DNA of 64,000 nt, from the NCBI RefSeq assembly GCF_006345805.1, contig NC_043000.1:112220001-112284000 (forward strand), read 5' to 3'. This document shows positions 26,994 through 37,523 of the stretch, piece by piece. Below the pieces are notes generated by a model. That model did no database searches and had not been told where the DNA came from. It saw nothing but the letters and a program-made list of their open reading frames with translations. The DNA comes from Octopus sinensis (taxonomy: Eukaryota). Within the stretch, counting starts at the first letter, position 1, and every line of letters begins with the position of its first letter. Position numbers and translations under genes: made by a program.

Positions 26994-27156
26994 ATAATAG
27001 AAATATTAAAATTACTAAGTCTCTCTAAAAGAGAACAACGGCAGCGTTCCCGGAAAATAATAGTTATCGCCATACTAATATGGCATTCTATTATTGAAAA
27101 CAAGTGGATGTATTCCACCGAAGCTAGGTAAATAAAACCTTCGAACAGAGATTGTC

Positions 27157-27173
27157 AGAAGCGACACCTACTG
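27157..27173 (+). repeat. Left target-site duplication (AGAAGCGACACCTACTG)
   Basis: Identical 17-mer at 32726-32742; a single unoccupied copy is at 33083-33099. Confidence 0.95.
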
Positions 27174-27390
27174 ATTTTTCCTTGGATTACGTCGGATTAT
27201 TTTACGCTGTAAGCTGTTATGTTAGTTCGTTCTGTTCTGGATTTACACGTACAATTTTTGGAGTATTAACTTGTGAAACAAAGTAATTTTCGCCCTTCGG
27301 GGTAGAAAATTTCTTTTTATATATGAACTTTAATTCAGTGTGGAATTAATTTTTATCTTGTCTCTTGTGACAAGTCACTTGCATTTTAAT

Positions 27391-28875
27391 ATGGATCTTG
27401 ACTTAACGTCAAATTCTGATTTTCCCGAGATGGGAGAAGTTATAAATAATGAAAAGCTAAAGGATACAAAGGAGAAACAAAGTTTTTCGGAAGCCGTTGG
27501 AGGCAATGTTATAGAACTGGAAGTAGCAATGGGGGATCTCTTCAAGTTCAGAAAGTTCATACAAAAGAATGGAGAAGAAACTAGAATAATACCGCCCCCT
27601 GACACCTTACAAGCAATCCGTGAGAAGACGGTAATTTATAAGGTATATAATATTAAGGAAAAAAAGATTGCAGATGTAAAAAATGAATTGGTAGAACGGT
27701 GCATGGCACCAATTTGGAACAAGGTTCGCTATGTTGGCCGAGGAGTGAGAAGCGCTACTATTGAAGCGCATTTCGAGTCGGCTAGCATAGCGAAGGAAAT
27801 TTCAACTCAAACGTTGAAGAGTGCAGACATCCTGTTGCTGCCCACGTACTTAGGGCGCAGAACAGCTAAGGTAACAATAGAGGATATACCAACAGGTTAC
27901 GATGTAATGTGGGCAGCAACAGCGGTCGTATTCGACGTAGAAGAGAAATTAAACATTTTAAACATGAGGATGAAAGAGGCAAAATTTTGGAAAGGTCAGC
28001 AGCTTGAAATGATAGTTCAAGCTGACAATGCAACGCTGGAGAGTTTGCCAGACAGGGTCTTCGTGGGGGATGGACACACTATGCGGGTATCGGTGGAGGG
28101 ACGTAGGCCCAGATGTTTCAAATGTGGGCAGAAGGGTCACGTCAGCTCAGAGTGCAAAAAGAAAAAACCCGTTAATGCCCCCATTCAAACCGCTGTGGAG
28201 AACAAAGCAGACATCACAGCAACAACAAAAGAGAATACCCGGAAAAAGCAAAATGAAAGTCAAAAGGAGGAAAAGAAAATGAATGGAAAACAAAACAAAA
28301 ACGAGGGGGAAAATAATTTATCAAATGGAAAAGAACTGGAAGTAATGGAATATACGACTGTAACCAACAAAAGGAAGAAATCCAATACCCCGGACTCCCC
28401 ACCCCAAACAAAAAGAAAAACAAACGCAGAAGAGCAACACAAAAAAATTATCCAATCCCACCCCGCTGGCACTACTTTTGTAGGCCAGCATTTCATTAAA
28501 CCCCAGCCCCCAACTTTAAAAGGATTCAAAAAATCTGATAGGTGCATTGCTTATAACACAACAAACGAGAGAGTAGTTTGGTACATAAAGGCGAAACCAA
28601 ACATAAAATGTTTCAAATCATCGGAAAAAAACCCGGATTGGAGGTATGCGAAGGTTGGAGAGGAGGTATGGAAGGAGAGACTCTTCCAACTACACGTGAG
28701 GGACAACCTGATTAAAGATGTCACACAAGAGGTGATAGCTGGAAAATTGAATATTAGCCCGGCAGCCACTCCATCCCAGAGCCCGGTGGCAACGCCGGTT
28801 AAATGCCCAGCAACAACGGAGAGTGTGGGGGAGGCAGGCAGACAAAAGCTGCCATGCTCCCTCTCACAACCGTAA
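27391..28875 (+). CDS. Tx1 ORF1, gag-like nucleic-acid-binding protein with CCHC zinc knuckle
   Basis: Uninterrupted 494-aa ORF from the first ATG. CFKCGQKGHVSSEC fits CX2CX4HX4C, followed by a Lys-rich region. Confidence 0.88.
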   Translation: MDLDLTSNSDFPEMGEVINNEKLKDTKEKQSFSEAVGGNVIELEVAMGDLFKFRKFIQKNGEETRIIPPPDTLQAIREKTVIYKVYNIKEKKIADVKNELVERCMAPIWNKVRYVGRGVRSATIEAHFESASIAKEISTQTLKSADILLLPTYLGRRTAKVTIEDIPTGYDVMWAATAVVFDVEEKLNILNMRMKEAKFWKGQQLEMIVQADNATLESLPDRVFVGDGHTMRVSVEGRRPRCFKCGQKGHVSSECKKKKPVNAPIQTAVENKADITATTKENTRKKQNESQKEEKKMNGKQNKNEGENNLSNGKELEVMEYTTVTNKRKKSNTPDSPPQTKRKTNAEEQHKKIIQSHPAGTTFVGQHFIKPQPPTLKGFKKSDRCIAYNTTNERVVWYIKAKPNIKCFKSSEKNPDWRYAKVGEEVWKERLFQLHVRDNLIKDVTQEVIAGKLNISPAATPSQSPVATPVKCPATTESVGEAGRQKLPCSLSQP

Positions 28876-28899
28876 GTAACAAACTTTCTTCATTCATCG

Positions 28900-31800
28900 A
28901 TGATTAAGTTGGGCTGTATAAATGTGCGTGGAATGGGGTCGAAATGGAAACAGGCTTGCTTGCTGGACGACCTCAGGACACACAGAATAGATGTAGCCAT
29001 TGTCACCGAGTCCAAGATGAGAGGAACCCAAGCGTTCTCGCATCTTCTCAATCATCATCATCATCATCATCGTTTAGCATCCATTTTCCATGCTAGCATG
29101 GGTTGGACGGTTCTACTAGGGTCTGTGAAGCCAGAAGGCTTCATCAGGCCCAGTCAAATCTGGCAGTGTTTCTACGGCTGGATGCCCTTCCTAACGCCAA
29201 CCACTCCGTGAGTGTAGTGGGTGCTTTTTACGTGCCACCCGGGTTACGAGAAATTTATTTCTCCTAGCCGAGGAGGAAGTGCAGGCGTGGCAGTCCTTAT
29301 CAGGAAGAACTTGGACTTACAGGTAAGTACTGTCTTTATGGACCCAGAAGGTAGGCTGGTTGTCCTCGATGTAACTCACGTGAGTAAGCAGTCCTTCAGG
29401 TTGGTAGCTGTTTATGCTCCTAATGAGGGTAGGCAGACTGGTTTTTATCGGAACTTGGAGCACTTTCTAGTGACGTCTAAAACGGTAGTATTGGTAGGGG
29501 ATTTCAACACTATCATCGATGCACGGATAGATAGTGTGGGCTCGTCTGATAGAAGGGGGAATCCTTGCCTCAAGGGTCTACTGACGAGCCTTAATCTAGT
29601 AGATCGGTTTCGAATGGATGAGCCGAGCATTCCACAGTGGACGTGGAGTAACAATGACGGCTCACGCAGATCGTATATAGATAGGGTATTTGTTAAAGAA
29701 CGAGATAGGAATAGCATTAGCTGTCCACAATTTTGTATTGTGCCTTACACGGATCACAAATTAGTGACGTGTGAGGCACATGAAGATAAATGCCATAGAC
29801 AGGGACCCGGATACTGGAAAATGAACAAGTCTATTTTGGCTTGTGAAGCTTTTCGTAACCGGATTATGGAATTAGTCCAGAGGGCATTATGTGGAACCAT
29901 CATTAATAATAGATGGTGGATCGCCCTCAAAAGAGCCATCCGTTTGGAGTCCATTAGATTTAGCAACCAGCTAAGTTTAGATAGGACTAGAATAGAGGGC
30001 GATTTAGTTAAGAACTTAGACGAGGCAATGGGATCTGGCTGTGCATCTAGAGTGTTAGCAGAGAGAACGATCTTGTACCGTCACCTCAATGCCAAGCATG
30101 AAGGATGTAGAGTCAGAGCTAAGCTACGTGCAGTGAAACGAGAAGGTATTAATGTTGCCGGATGGGCACGTCGTGTGGAGAGTCAGAAGGGCAAAAAGTC
30201 CTCTATTAAGTCTTTAACTGACGAACAGGGACGCAAAATCTATGGACAGGAGGAGATACAGAAGGTCTTTCAACAGCATTTCGCTCGGTTGTTTGGGGAG
30301 GGCGATCCACTTGAGCGAGGGGAGGACTTACAGAACTTCCTAGCTGGTGGGCCTCGGCTCTCGCCACGCAGAGCGGAACGCTGTGAAGGACCGATTACTC
30401 CCGCGGAGGTAAGAGGGGTTTTGGCTGAATGCGCCCGGGAAAAGTCGCCGGGACTGGATGGTCTGCCCTATGAGTTTTATTGTTGTATGCCGGACTTGTT
30501 CGGGGACATACTGGCAAGCGTCTACGCAAACTGGCAACAGAATGGGAGGATTCCCAGTTCTGTGAGCCGGGGAGTTGTGACGCTGATCCAGAAAGACCCG
30601 AGCAAGGGGGATAATATTAGTAATTATAGGCCCATAACTCTACTTAATGTAGAGTTAAAGATTTTGGCCAAGGTGTTAGCAGAAAGGTTGAAGGTCGTCA
30701 TGGAAAAACTTGTCGGAAAGGCACAGACATGTGCAATCCCAGGCAGGTCGATCGAAGATAATCTTCACCTTCTACGCTACACTATAGACAGGGTTGGGCA
30801 ATTAGCCGGCAAAGGAGGGGCATTGGTCCATTTAGACCAAAGTAAAGCATTTGATAGGGTAGATCATCAGTACCTGGCGACGGTTCTCGAAGCGGCTGGG
30901 CTAGGCCCTGACTTTCGCGGGTGGATATCAGCTATGTACAGCGGTATCAAGTCCACAGTCCAGATAAACGGTTACTTAACGGAACCGTTTTCGATTAAGC
31001 GTTCAGTTCGTCAAGGATGTCCCTTGTCCCCTCTCCTGTACGTTTTGGCTCTTGAGCCATTGCTGCGGGAGTTGGAGACGGTGAGATGCAATCCTAATGA
31101 AATCGGATGCGGTAAGTCTGTTTCTGCGTATGCGGATGACGTCACCTTCATCGTGTCCAACGAAGCACAACTAACTCGGGTAGAAGGTGCTCTCCGAAGA
31201 TACGAAGCGGTGGCTGGGGCAAAAGTTAACAAGGACAAGTCCACTGGTTTGCGCCTCGGCACCTGGAGGAACAAGCCGATATCGTCCAGTGTTGTTGGAC
31301 ACTGGACAGATGGTCCTGTTAAATTGCTTGGAGTTTGGTTTGGTTCAGACTCCCAGACGGAGAAAAATTGGAGCGAGGTAGTGACCAAGGTAGAAGCCAT
31401 AGTTCGGGAGTGGTCCGGAAGGCATCTTTCCTTGAAAGGGAGGGCGGAGGTGGTACAGGTGTTTATAGCATCTGTAATCACCTATCGCCTGACTGTCGTG
31501 CCTTGCCCCGATTTGTGGCTAAGCAAGTTGGATCGACTCCTTTTCCGCTTTTTGTGGAAGGGAGGAAAGCCACTTGTAAGGCGCTCCGTGTGTTGCCAGG
31601 AACCACTAATGGGTGGGCTGGGGATGCCTTGGTTAATGATGTGCAGGCATGCGCTGAGACTGAGACATCTCTGGTTTCACCTGGAAGGTGATAAGGTGTG
31701 GAGTCCGCTGGCAGATAATTTCTTCCCGCAACTGGACTCTATGGAGAGATTTAAACCCGGTTTCATTAAAAGACGGAATCTGACTTTATGGCAGAAAGAG

Positions 31801-32487
31801 TGCCGACAGGCACTCTGGCTGATCCACAAGATAGGCAAAGCCGGCTGCGGGAATACCACCTCGACATTTTATAGAAGGATGGTAGAGGCAAAAAATGACG
31901 ACATCCTAAGAGGGGCTCTAGGGTTCGATGAGGATCAACTATCCGACCTGTTTAAGAAGACTTTCAAGCCGGGGTATTTGGACAATTACCAAAAATCCCT
32001 GACTTGGCAGTGCTATAGTTATGCTCTACCTGTTCGCGATAAGTTATATAGGCATGGAATGTCAGTGCCACCGACATGTCCAAGATGTGGGTTGGACGAT
32101 GAAACCGTCCAGTACGCTTTTGTACATTGTCAGGAGCTGTCAGGCTTAATAAGTTACGTAGAACACGTGTTGTCACATCTGGGACGAGTACAGCTATCGG
32201 CTGGTTCTATAATAAAGATGATACCGCCAGCTGGACTCTCAAAGGAAGGTGAGGCTTGTTTTCACTGTACGGTGGCAGTACTGAAAGAGTGTGTGTGGAG
32301 AACTAGATTGGAAGGTTTGGTGTCAGGATCCTTTGTCTCTGGATATGGTATGTTAAAATACTTCAGATACCATCTAAAGAGCAAGATGGATTTAGAGAAG
32401 AGGAACCTGACACAGAAAAAGTATGTGAATCGATGGAAGGATGTGATAAAAAAGGTGGGTGTGAGTAACCCTGCTTGGTCATCATGA
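28900..32487 (+). pseudogene. Tx1 ORF2 (APE endonuclease, reverse transcriptase, C-terminal zinc finger), interrupted by a 189-bp insertion
   Basis: APE motifs: NVRG, VYAPN, VGDFN, YIDRVF, TDH. RT motifs: KSPGLDG, YRPITLLN, DQSKAFDRV, RQGCPLSP, YADD, LLGVWFG. C-terminal CPRC...ET. About 1132 aa after removing 29052-29240; the only stops lie inside the insertion. Confidence 0.92.
29052..29240 (-). mobile_element. 5'-truncated RTE 3'-end copy ((GAT)n tail) inside ORF2
   Basis: (TCA)n followed by TGCTAGCATGGGTTGGACGG...GGATGCCCTTCCTAACGCCAACCAC. Removing it restores HLL-K/N-GYEKF. The same family is found at more than 15 sites (for example 9712, 35605, 40900, 42660, 43475, 47690, 53500, 54612). 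Confidence 0.9.
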
Positions 32488-32725
32488 AGGGAGAAAATAG
32501 TCTCTGGGCTCTTAGGCTGTCGGGTAAGAATCCTGACTGTGATATACCTAGCTGGCCAAAATCATTTTTAATTTAAAAAAAAAAAAGGAGAAAAGTAAAG
32601 TCTAGTATCATAATCAATAATCAACATATGTAAATATCAAACGAACAACGTAAACTTTTTGTAATTATGTTTTGTATTGTAATGTACTATCTCTGTAAGA
32701 TTTTTATAATCATAATAAAGAATTT

Positions 32726-32742
32726 AGAAGCGACACCTACTG
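32726..32742 (+). repeat. Right target-site duplication
   Basis: Identical to 27157-27173. Confidence 0.95.
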
Positions 32743-32752
32743 GTCTGGCTAC

Positions 32753-32794
32753 GCTGCATTGAAAAGGGGCAATACCCCGAAACGCGTCTGTAGC
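32753..32794 (+). ncRNA. Minimal type-I hammerhead ribozyme (U3-A8 core variant), copy 1
   Basis: Stem I GCTGCA/TGTAGC, core TTGAAAA, stem II GGGG-CAATA-CCCC, GAAA, palindromic ACGCGT stem III, GUC cleavage site after 32788. Confidence 0.7.
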
Positions 32795-33109
32795 TGCCGG
32801 TCAAGTAGTGTGGAGCGACTGACCTCCCTTGTTCGAAGGTTATATGGATACAGTTTGTGTATCAAATAGCTAACTTAAGGCGATGGCCTCATGGAGCTAA
32901 TAAGCGGACAGCTTTATTCTTATAAGAATGCCATATTAGTATGGCGATAACTATTATTTTCCGGGAACGCTGCCGTTGTTCTCTTTTAGAGAGACTTAGT
33001 AATTTTAATATTTCTATTATTGAAAACAAGTGGATGTATTCCACCGAAGCTAGGTAAATAAAACCTTCGAACAGAGATTGTCAGAAGCGACACCTACTGG
33101 TCTGGCTAC

Positions 33110-33151
33110 GCTGCATTGAAAAGGGGCAATACCCCGAAACACGTCTGTAGC
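33110..33151 (+). ncRNA. Hammerhead ribozyme, copy 2
   Basis: Identical to copy 1 except the stem III loop (ACACGT). Predicted cleavage after 33145. Confidence 0.65.
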
Positions 33152-33318
33152 TGCCAGTCAAGTAGTGTGGAGCGACTGACCTCCCTTGTTCGAAGGTTAT
33201 ATGGATACAGTTTGTGTATCAAATAGCTAACTTAAGGCGATGGCCTCATGGAGCTAATAAGCGGACAGCTTTATTCTTATTTTTATAAGAATGCCATATT
33301 AGTATGGCGATAACTATT

Positions 33319-33350
<32 letters not shown>

Positions 33351-33445
33351 ATATATATATAGTTAATCCAAACATGAAAACACAAAGAGAAAACTCAACA
33401 ACGCGAGGACGCGGAACAAGTATAGCGCTATTGACGCTCAGGATA

Positions 33446-33645
33446 TATTATATATATGTGTGTGTGTGTGTGTGTTTTTGTGTCTGTGTTTACCATCCCT
33501 GTAACTTAGTGGTTCGGCAAAAAAGACCGATAGAATAAGTTCTAAGCTTACAAAGAATAAGTCCTGGGGTCGATTTATTCAACTAAAAGGTGGTGCTCCT
33601 GTATGGCCACAGTCAAATGACTGAAACAAGTAAAAGAATAAAAGA
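33446..33645 (+). mobile_element. SINE family A, 3' half
   Basis: (TG)n-TGTGTCTGTGTTT...GTAACTTAG.GGTTCGGCAAAA...GACTGAAACAAGTAAAAGAATA completes the copy begun at 26812. Confidence 0.85.
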
Positions 33646-34110
33646 ACCTCTCTCGTGCATTTTAGATTTCCAACAATTCCACAGAGCAGAGATTACAATC
33701 CTATCTATTGTTAACAAATGGCTCAGCATGTGTCATTAATGCTCCACATTAAATGAAAAAAAAAAGTCAAGATTTCGTTTTCTAACTCCCAGACTTTCTG
33801 GAGAGCAATGTTTTCATTTCATTTATCCTTCTAAAGGTGTGAAGTGGATTACATAAATCTTAATTTGAAAGAAGTAGAACCTACATAAGTAAATATACAA
33901 AATATGGGGATTTAGTTCACAGGTGATCTAAACGATTAGGTACACTAGGTAAGTGCTGTAACGAATTACTGGGGCTCCGAGCTTACAGACGAGATGGTAG
34001 TTATGTAACCATTGCAGATTTCCAATGCAGCAGATGTATAATTGTTAAACAGGACAACAGACGATAAGGCAAATGTCTCAAGTCATATTCATTATTGGAA
34101 AAAAATTCAA

Positions 34111-34168
34111 GGTCTTACAGCTGTTTCTGGGATATTCCAGAGTATGGGACCTTCCGTCATCGGTGACA
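34111..34168 (-). ncRNA. Degenerate hammerhead-like motif (fourth family)
   Basis: The minus strand reads GTCA-CCGATGA-CGG...CCAGAAA-CAGCTG-TA-AGAC, with a palindromic ACAGCTGT stem III, a GUA triplet and a U4-to-C core mutation. Confidence 0.4.
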
Positions 34169-34232
34169 AATAAGGAGAATGTATAGGGTATAGATTCATG
34201 AAATGATGACAGAGGAAGAGAGAAGAGGAATA

Positions 34233-34397
34233 ATAATTGCCTTCACATAACTGACATGTAAAGATCTCCCTTCATAATTCTTTGGTAGAATCATTAGAGT
34301 TGGACCAAATTCTTAGCAGCATTTCTTTCTACACATGTTCTGATTTCAAATTCTGCCAGGGTTGGCTTTGCTTTCATTCCTTTCGGGGTTGATAAAA
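34233..34397 (+). repeat. 165-bp inverted duplication, copy 1 (partner 36883-37047)
   Basis: 164/165 identical to the reverse complement of 36883-37047 by manual comparison. Confidence 0.92.
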
Positions 34398-34574
34398 ATA
34401 ACAACAACAATAATAATAATAATAATAATAACAATAATAATGGTTTGAGTTTAGCTGCTGGACTGCTACTAAGTTCAAACCTCACTAGACAGTGTTATTT
34501 TTCAACCCACCTCTGAGTAAGTAAATATATGTAGGTGAGTTCTAATGTTACCTTTATAGACAATATGAAGGTTT

Positions 34575-34845
34575 GTGTGTGGCTTAGTGGTCAGGGCACT
34601 TGGCTCACGATTAAAAGGTCACGAGTTTGATCCCCGATGGTATGTTGTGTCCTTGAGCAAGACACTTTATTTCACGTTGCTCCAGTGCAAAACTGAGTTG
34701 TACTTGTATGTCAAGGGGCCAGCCTTGTTACATTGTGTCATGCCACATCTCCGTGAAAACTACATTAAGGATGCCTGAGGGGTGCTCAGCCACTTTCATA
34801 TTAATTTCACAAGCAGGCTGTTCCATCAACTGGAACGCTTGACAT
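34575..34845 (+). mobile_element. tRNA-headed SINE family E (GTTGTGTCCTTGAGCAAGACACTT core)
   Basis: Head plus conserved core. Minus-strand relatives occur at about 14545-14790 and 49687-49845. Confidence 0.7.
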
Positions 34846-34977
34846 TGTAACTGCCAGAGTGTTAGTAGGTCACTATTATATGAATTATGTAAACGATGAC
34901 TGTTCATTGTACTATTACTGTTAACACAACTATTAGCATTGTTCATATTATCATTACAAATATTATTAGACTATCGT

Positions 34978-35255
34978 GGAGGCACAATGGCCCAGTGGTT
35001 AGGGCAGCAGACTTGCGGTCGTAGGATCGCAGTTTTGATTCCAATACCGGGCGTTGTGAGTGTTTATTGAGTGAAAACACCTAAAGCTCCACGAGGCTCC
35101 GGCAGCGGGTGGTGGCGATCCCTGCTGTACTCTTTCATCTGTTGGCCTGCTCGCTTAGCCAGCGGGGTGGCGTCATTTGAAGGCTAAAACAATGTGAAGC
35201 GCATTGTGACCAGCGATGTGTAGCAACATCTGATAACCTGGTCGGTCACAGTGAT
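34978..35255 (+). mobile_element. tRNA-headed SINE family F
   Basis: GGAGGCACAATGGCCCAGTGGTTAGGGCAGC A-box and a B-box-like TTTGATTCC, followed by a GC-rich body. Confidence 0.65.
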
Positions 35256-36126
35256 TATTAGACTATCATTGCCCCTACCACTAACAGTATTGTAGTTATA
35301 ATCTCTAATGGAATGAGTGTTAGAATTTAGTACATACACTGCTAGATACACGATATGTTGAGTAAGAATGAATTCCAGGTAGGGTTAATGCCATTACTAT
35401 TATTGAGGGAATTCTTACTAATCCTAAGCTGATTAACAGAAGCATTATCAAGCAGAATCGGTGTTGTACAAAAAGAGAGCTTAATTTTGTGTTTGTTAAA
35501 GATTCTACTAGACAGAGGAAAGTGCTTCTCCAAGATATTGGAAAACTTCCTAACCAATTGTATAATATTTGTAGGCGATTGGAGTGTTATACCAACATCA
35601 CTTTACTGGCACCTGTGCCGGTGGCATGTGTAAAAAGATTTGGGCGAGGTCATTGCCAGTACCACCTGACTGGCCCTTGTGCTGGTGGCACGTAAAAGCA
35701 CCCACTACACTCTTGGAGTGGTTGGCATTAGGAAGGGCATCCAGCTGTAGAAACTTTGCCAGATCAAGATTGGAGCCTGGTGCAGCCATCTAGTTTGCCA
35801 GTCCTCAGTCAAATCGTCCAACCCATGCTAGCATGGAAAGCGGACGTTAAACGATGATGATGATGATGATGGGGAGTGTTATACCACAATATGTCACTGT
35901 GTAATACGGCCTAACTGCCTCGTTTTGCAGATGAATTTTTTTCCATTATGGTTGCTACTATAACTGCCATTGCCTCTACCACCATTATTGGAATTATTAT
36001 CATTACTTGTATTACAGTTCCTCATTTTTATCCTGTTGCTATGGTTATTCATAATAACAATGTCTTTTATATTTCATTGTTGGATTTGGTTTGCAAGATT
36101 CTTTATGTGAGTTCGTGTGTTGAAGC

Positions 36127-36335
36127 ATATTCTGTTGTGTCTGGAGAGAGTCATTTTCTTTTTGTGCCTTATAATGTAAAAATTTCCACTTTTTTCTTAT
36201 TTTTATTTTTCTAAAACTATTGAAAAGGTTGTAAGACGCAACAAAAATAAGAAAAAAAGTGGAAATTTTACCGGTGAGTGTGTTACATTATATGGCACAA
36301 AAAGAAAAAGACTCTCCCCAGACACAACAGAATAT
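36127..36335. repeat. Fold-back palindrome
   Basis: ATATTCTGTTGTGTCTGG...AAAATTTCCACTTTTTTCTTATTTT is mirrored at 36243-36335. Confidence 0.8.
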
Positions 36336-37008
36336 CTTTTATAATATAACCAATTGATTGGAGGTTCACTCAAACTGCAATACAAACAGAAATAGTACAA
36401 GTAGTAAAGTAATAATGGTGGAACTGTCAGAATTGGTGATTGTTATAACATGAGACGAAAGTCAACCATGGTGAAACTGGAACCTAAAGAAACACAAACA
36501 CTGCCAGACATTCCATCTGATTCTCTACCAATGCTGCTAACTACTGCCTCACTAGTAATAAGGTTTCAAATACAGGCAGAATGCTGATAATTTTGAGGGG
36601 AGGGGACAAGTCATTTGTCAGCCTTTAGCTGCTCCTTTAGTTTATCGACTGCGAAAGGATAACAGGAAAAAAAAATCATCCTTGATGGTATTTGGACTCA
36701 GACTATAAAGGACCAGAACAAAGACTTAAGCATTTTGTCAGGTATAAAAAAAACGGTTTTGCCAATTCAGAGCATTAATAATAATAATAATAATAATGAA
36801 TTCCACTATAGGCACAAGGCCTGACATTGTGATGGGAGGGCACTAGTGGATTACATCAACCTAAGTGATCAGCTGGTACTCATTTTATCAACCCCGAAAG
36901 GAATGAAAGCAAAGCCAACCCTGGCAGAATTTGAAATCAGAACATGTGTAGAAAGAAATGCTGCTAAGAATTTGGTCCAACTCTAATGATTCTACCAAAG
37001 AATTATGA

Positions 37009-37523
<515 letters not shown>

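Larger units (their letters stand above)
27174..32725 (+). mobile_element. Full-length L1/Tx1-clade non-LTR retrotransposon
   Basis: Two-ORF layout bounded exactly by a 17-bp TSD. The 3' end is AATAAAGAATTT with no terminal poly(A). Clade assignment comes from the CCHC ORF1 and APE-RT-zf ORF2 motifs. Confidence 0.9.
26994..33318 (+). mobile_element. Penelope/retrozyme-like 357-bp tandem repeat (about 1.9 units plus inverted 5' tail), host of the Tx1 insertion
   Basis: Unit 1 is 27086-27173 plus 32743-33011; unit 2 is 33012-33318. The period is 357 bp. 26994-27089 is the exact reverse complement of 32925-33020. The array is flanked by (TA)n. Confidence 0.85.

Noticed and set aside
28900-29211. 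Separate 103-aa protein with poly-His tract, and 29221 as an independent ORF start
   Set aside because: Both are parts of one ORF2; the poly-His is the (CAT)n tail of the inserted RTE fragment.
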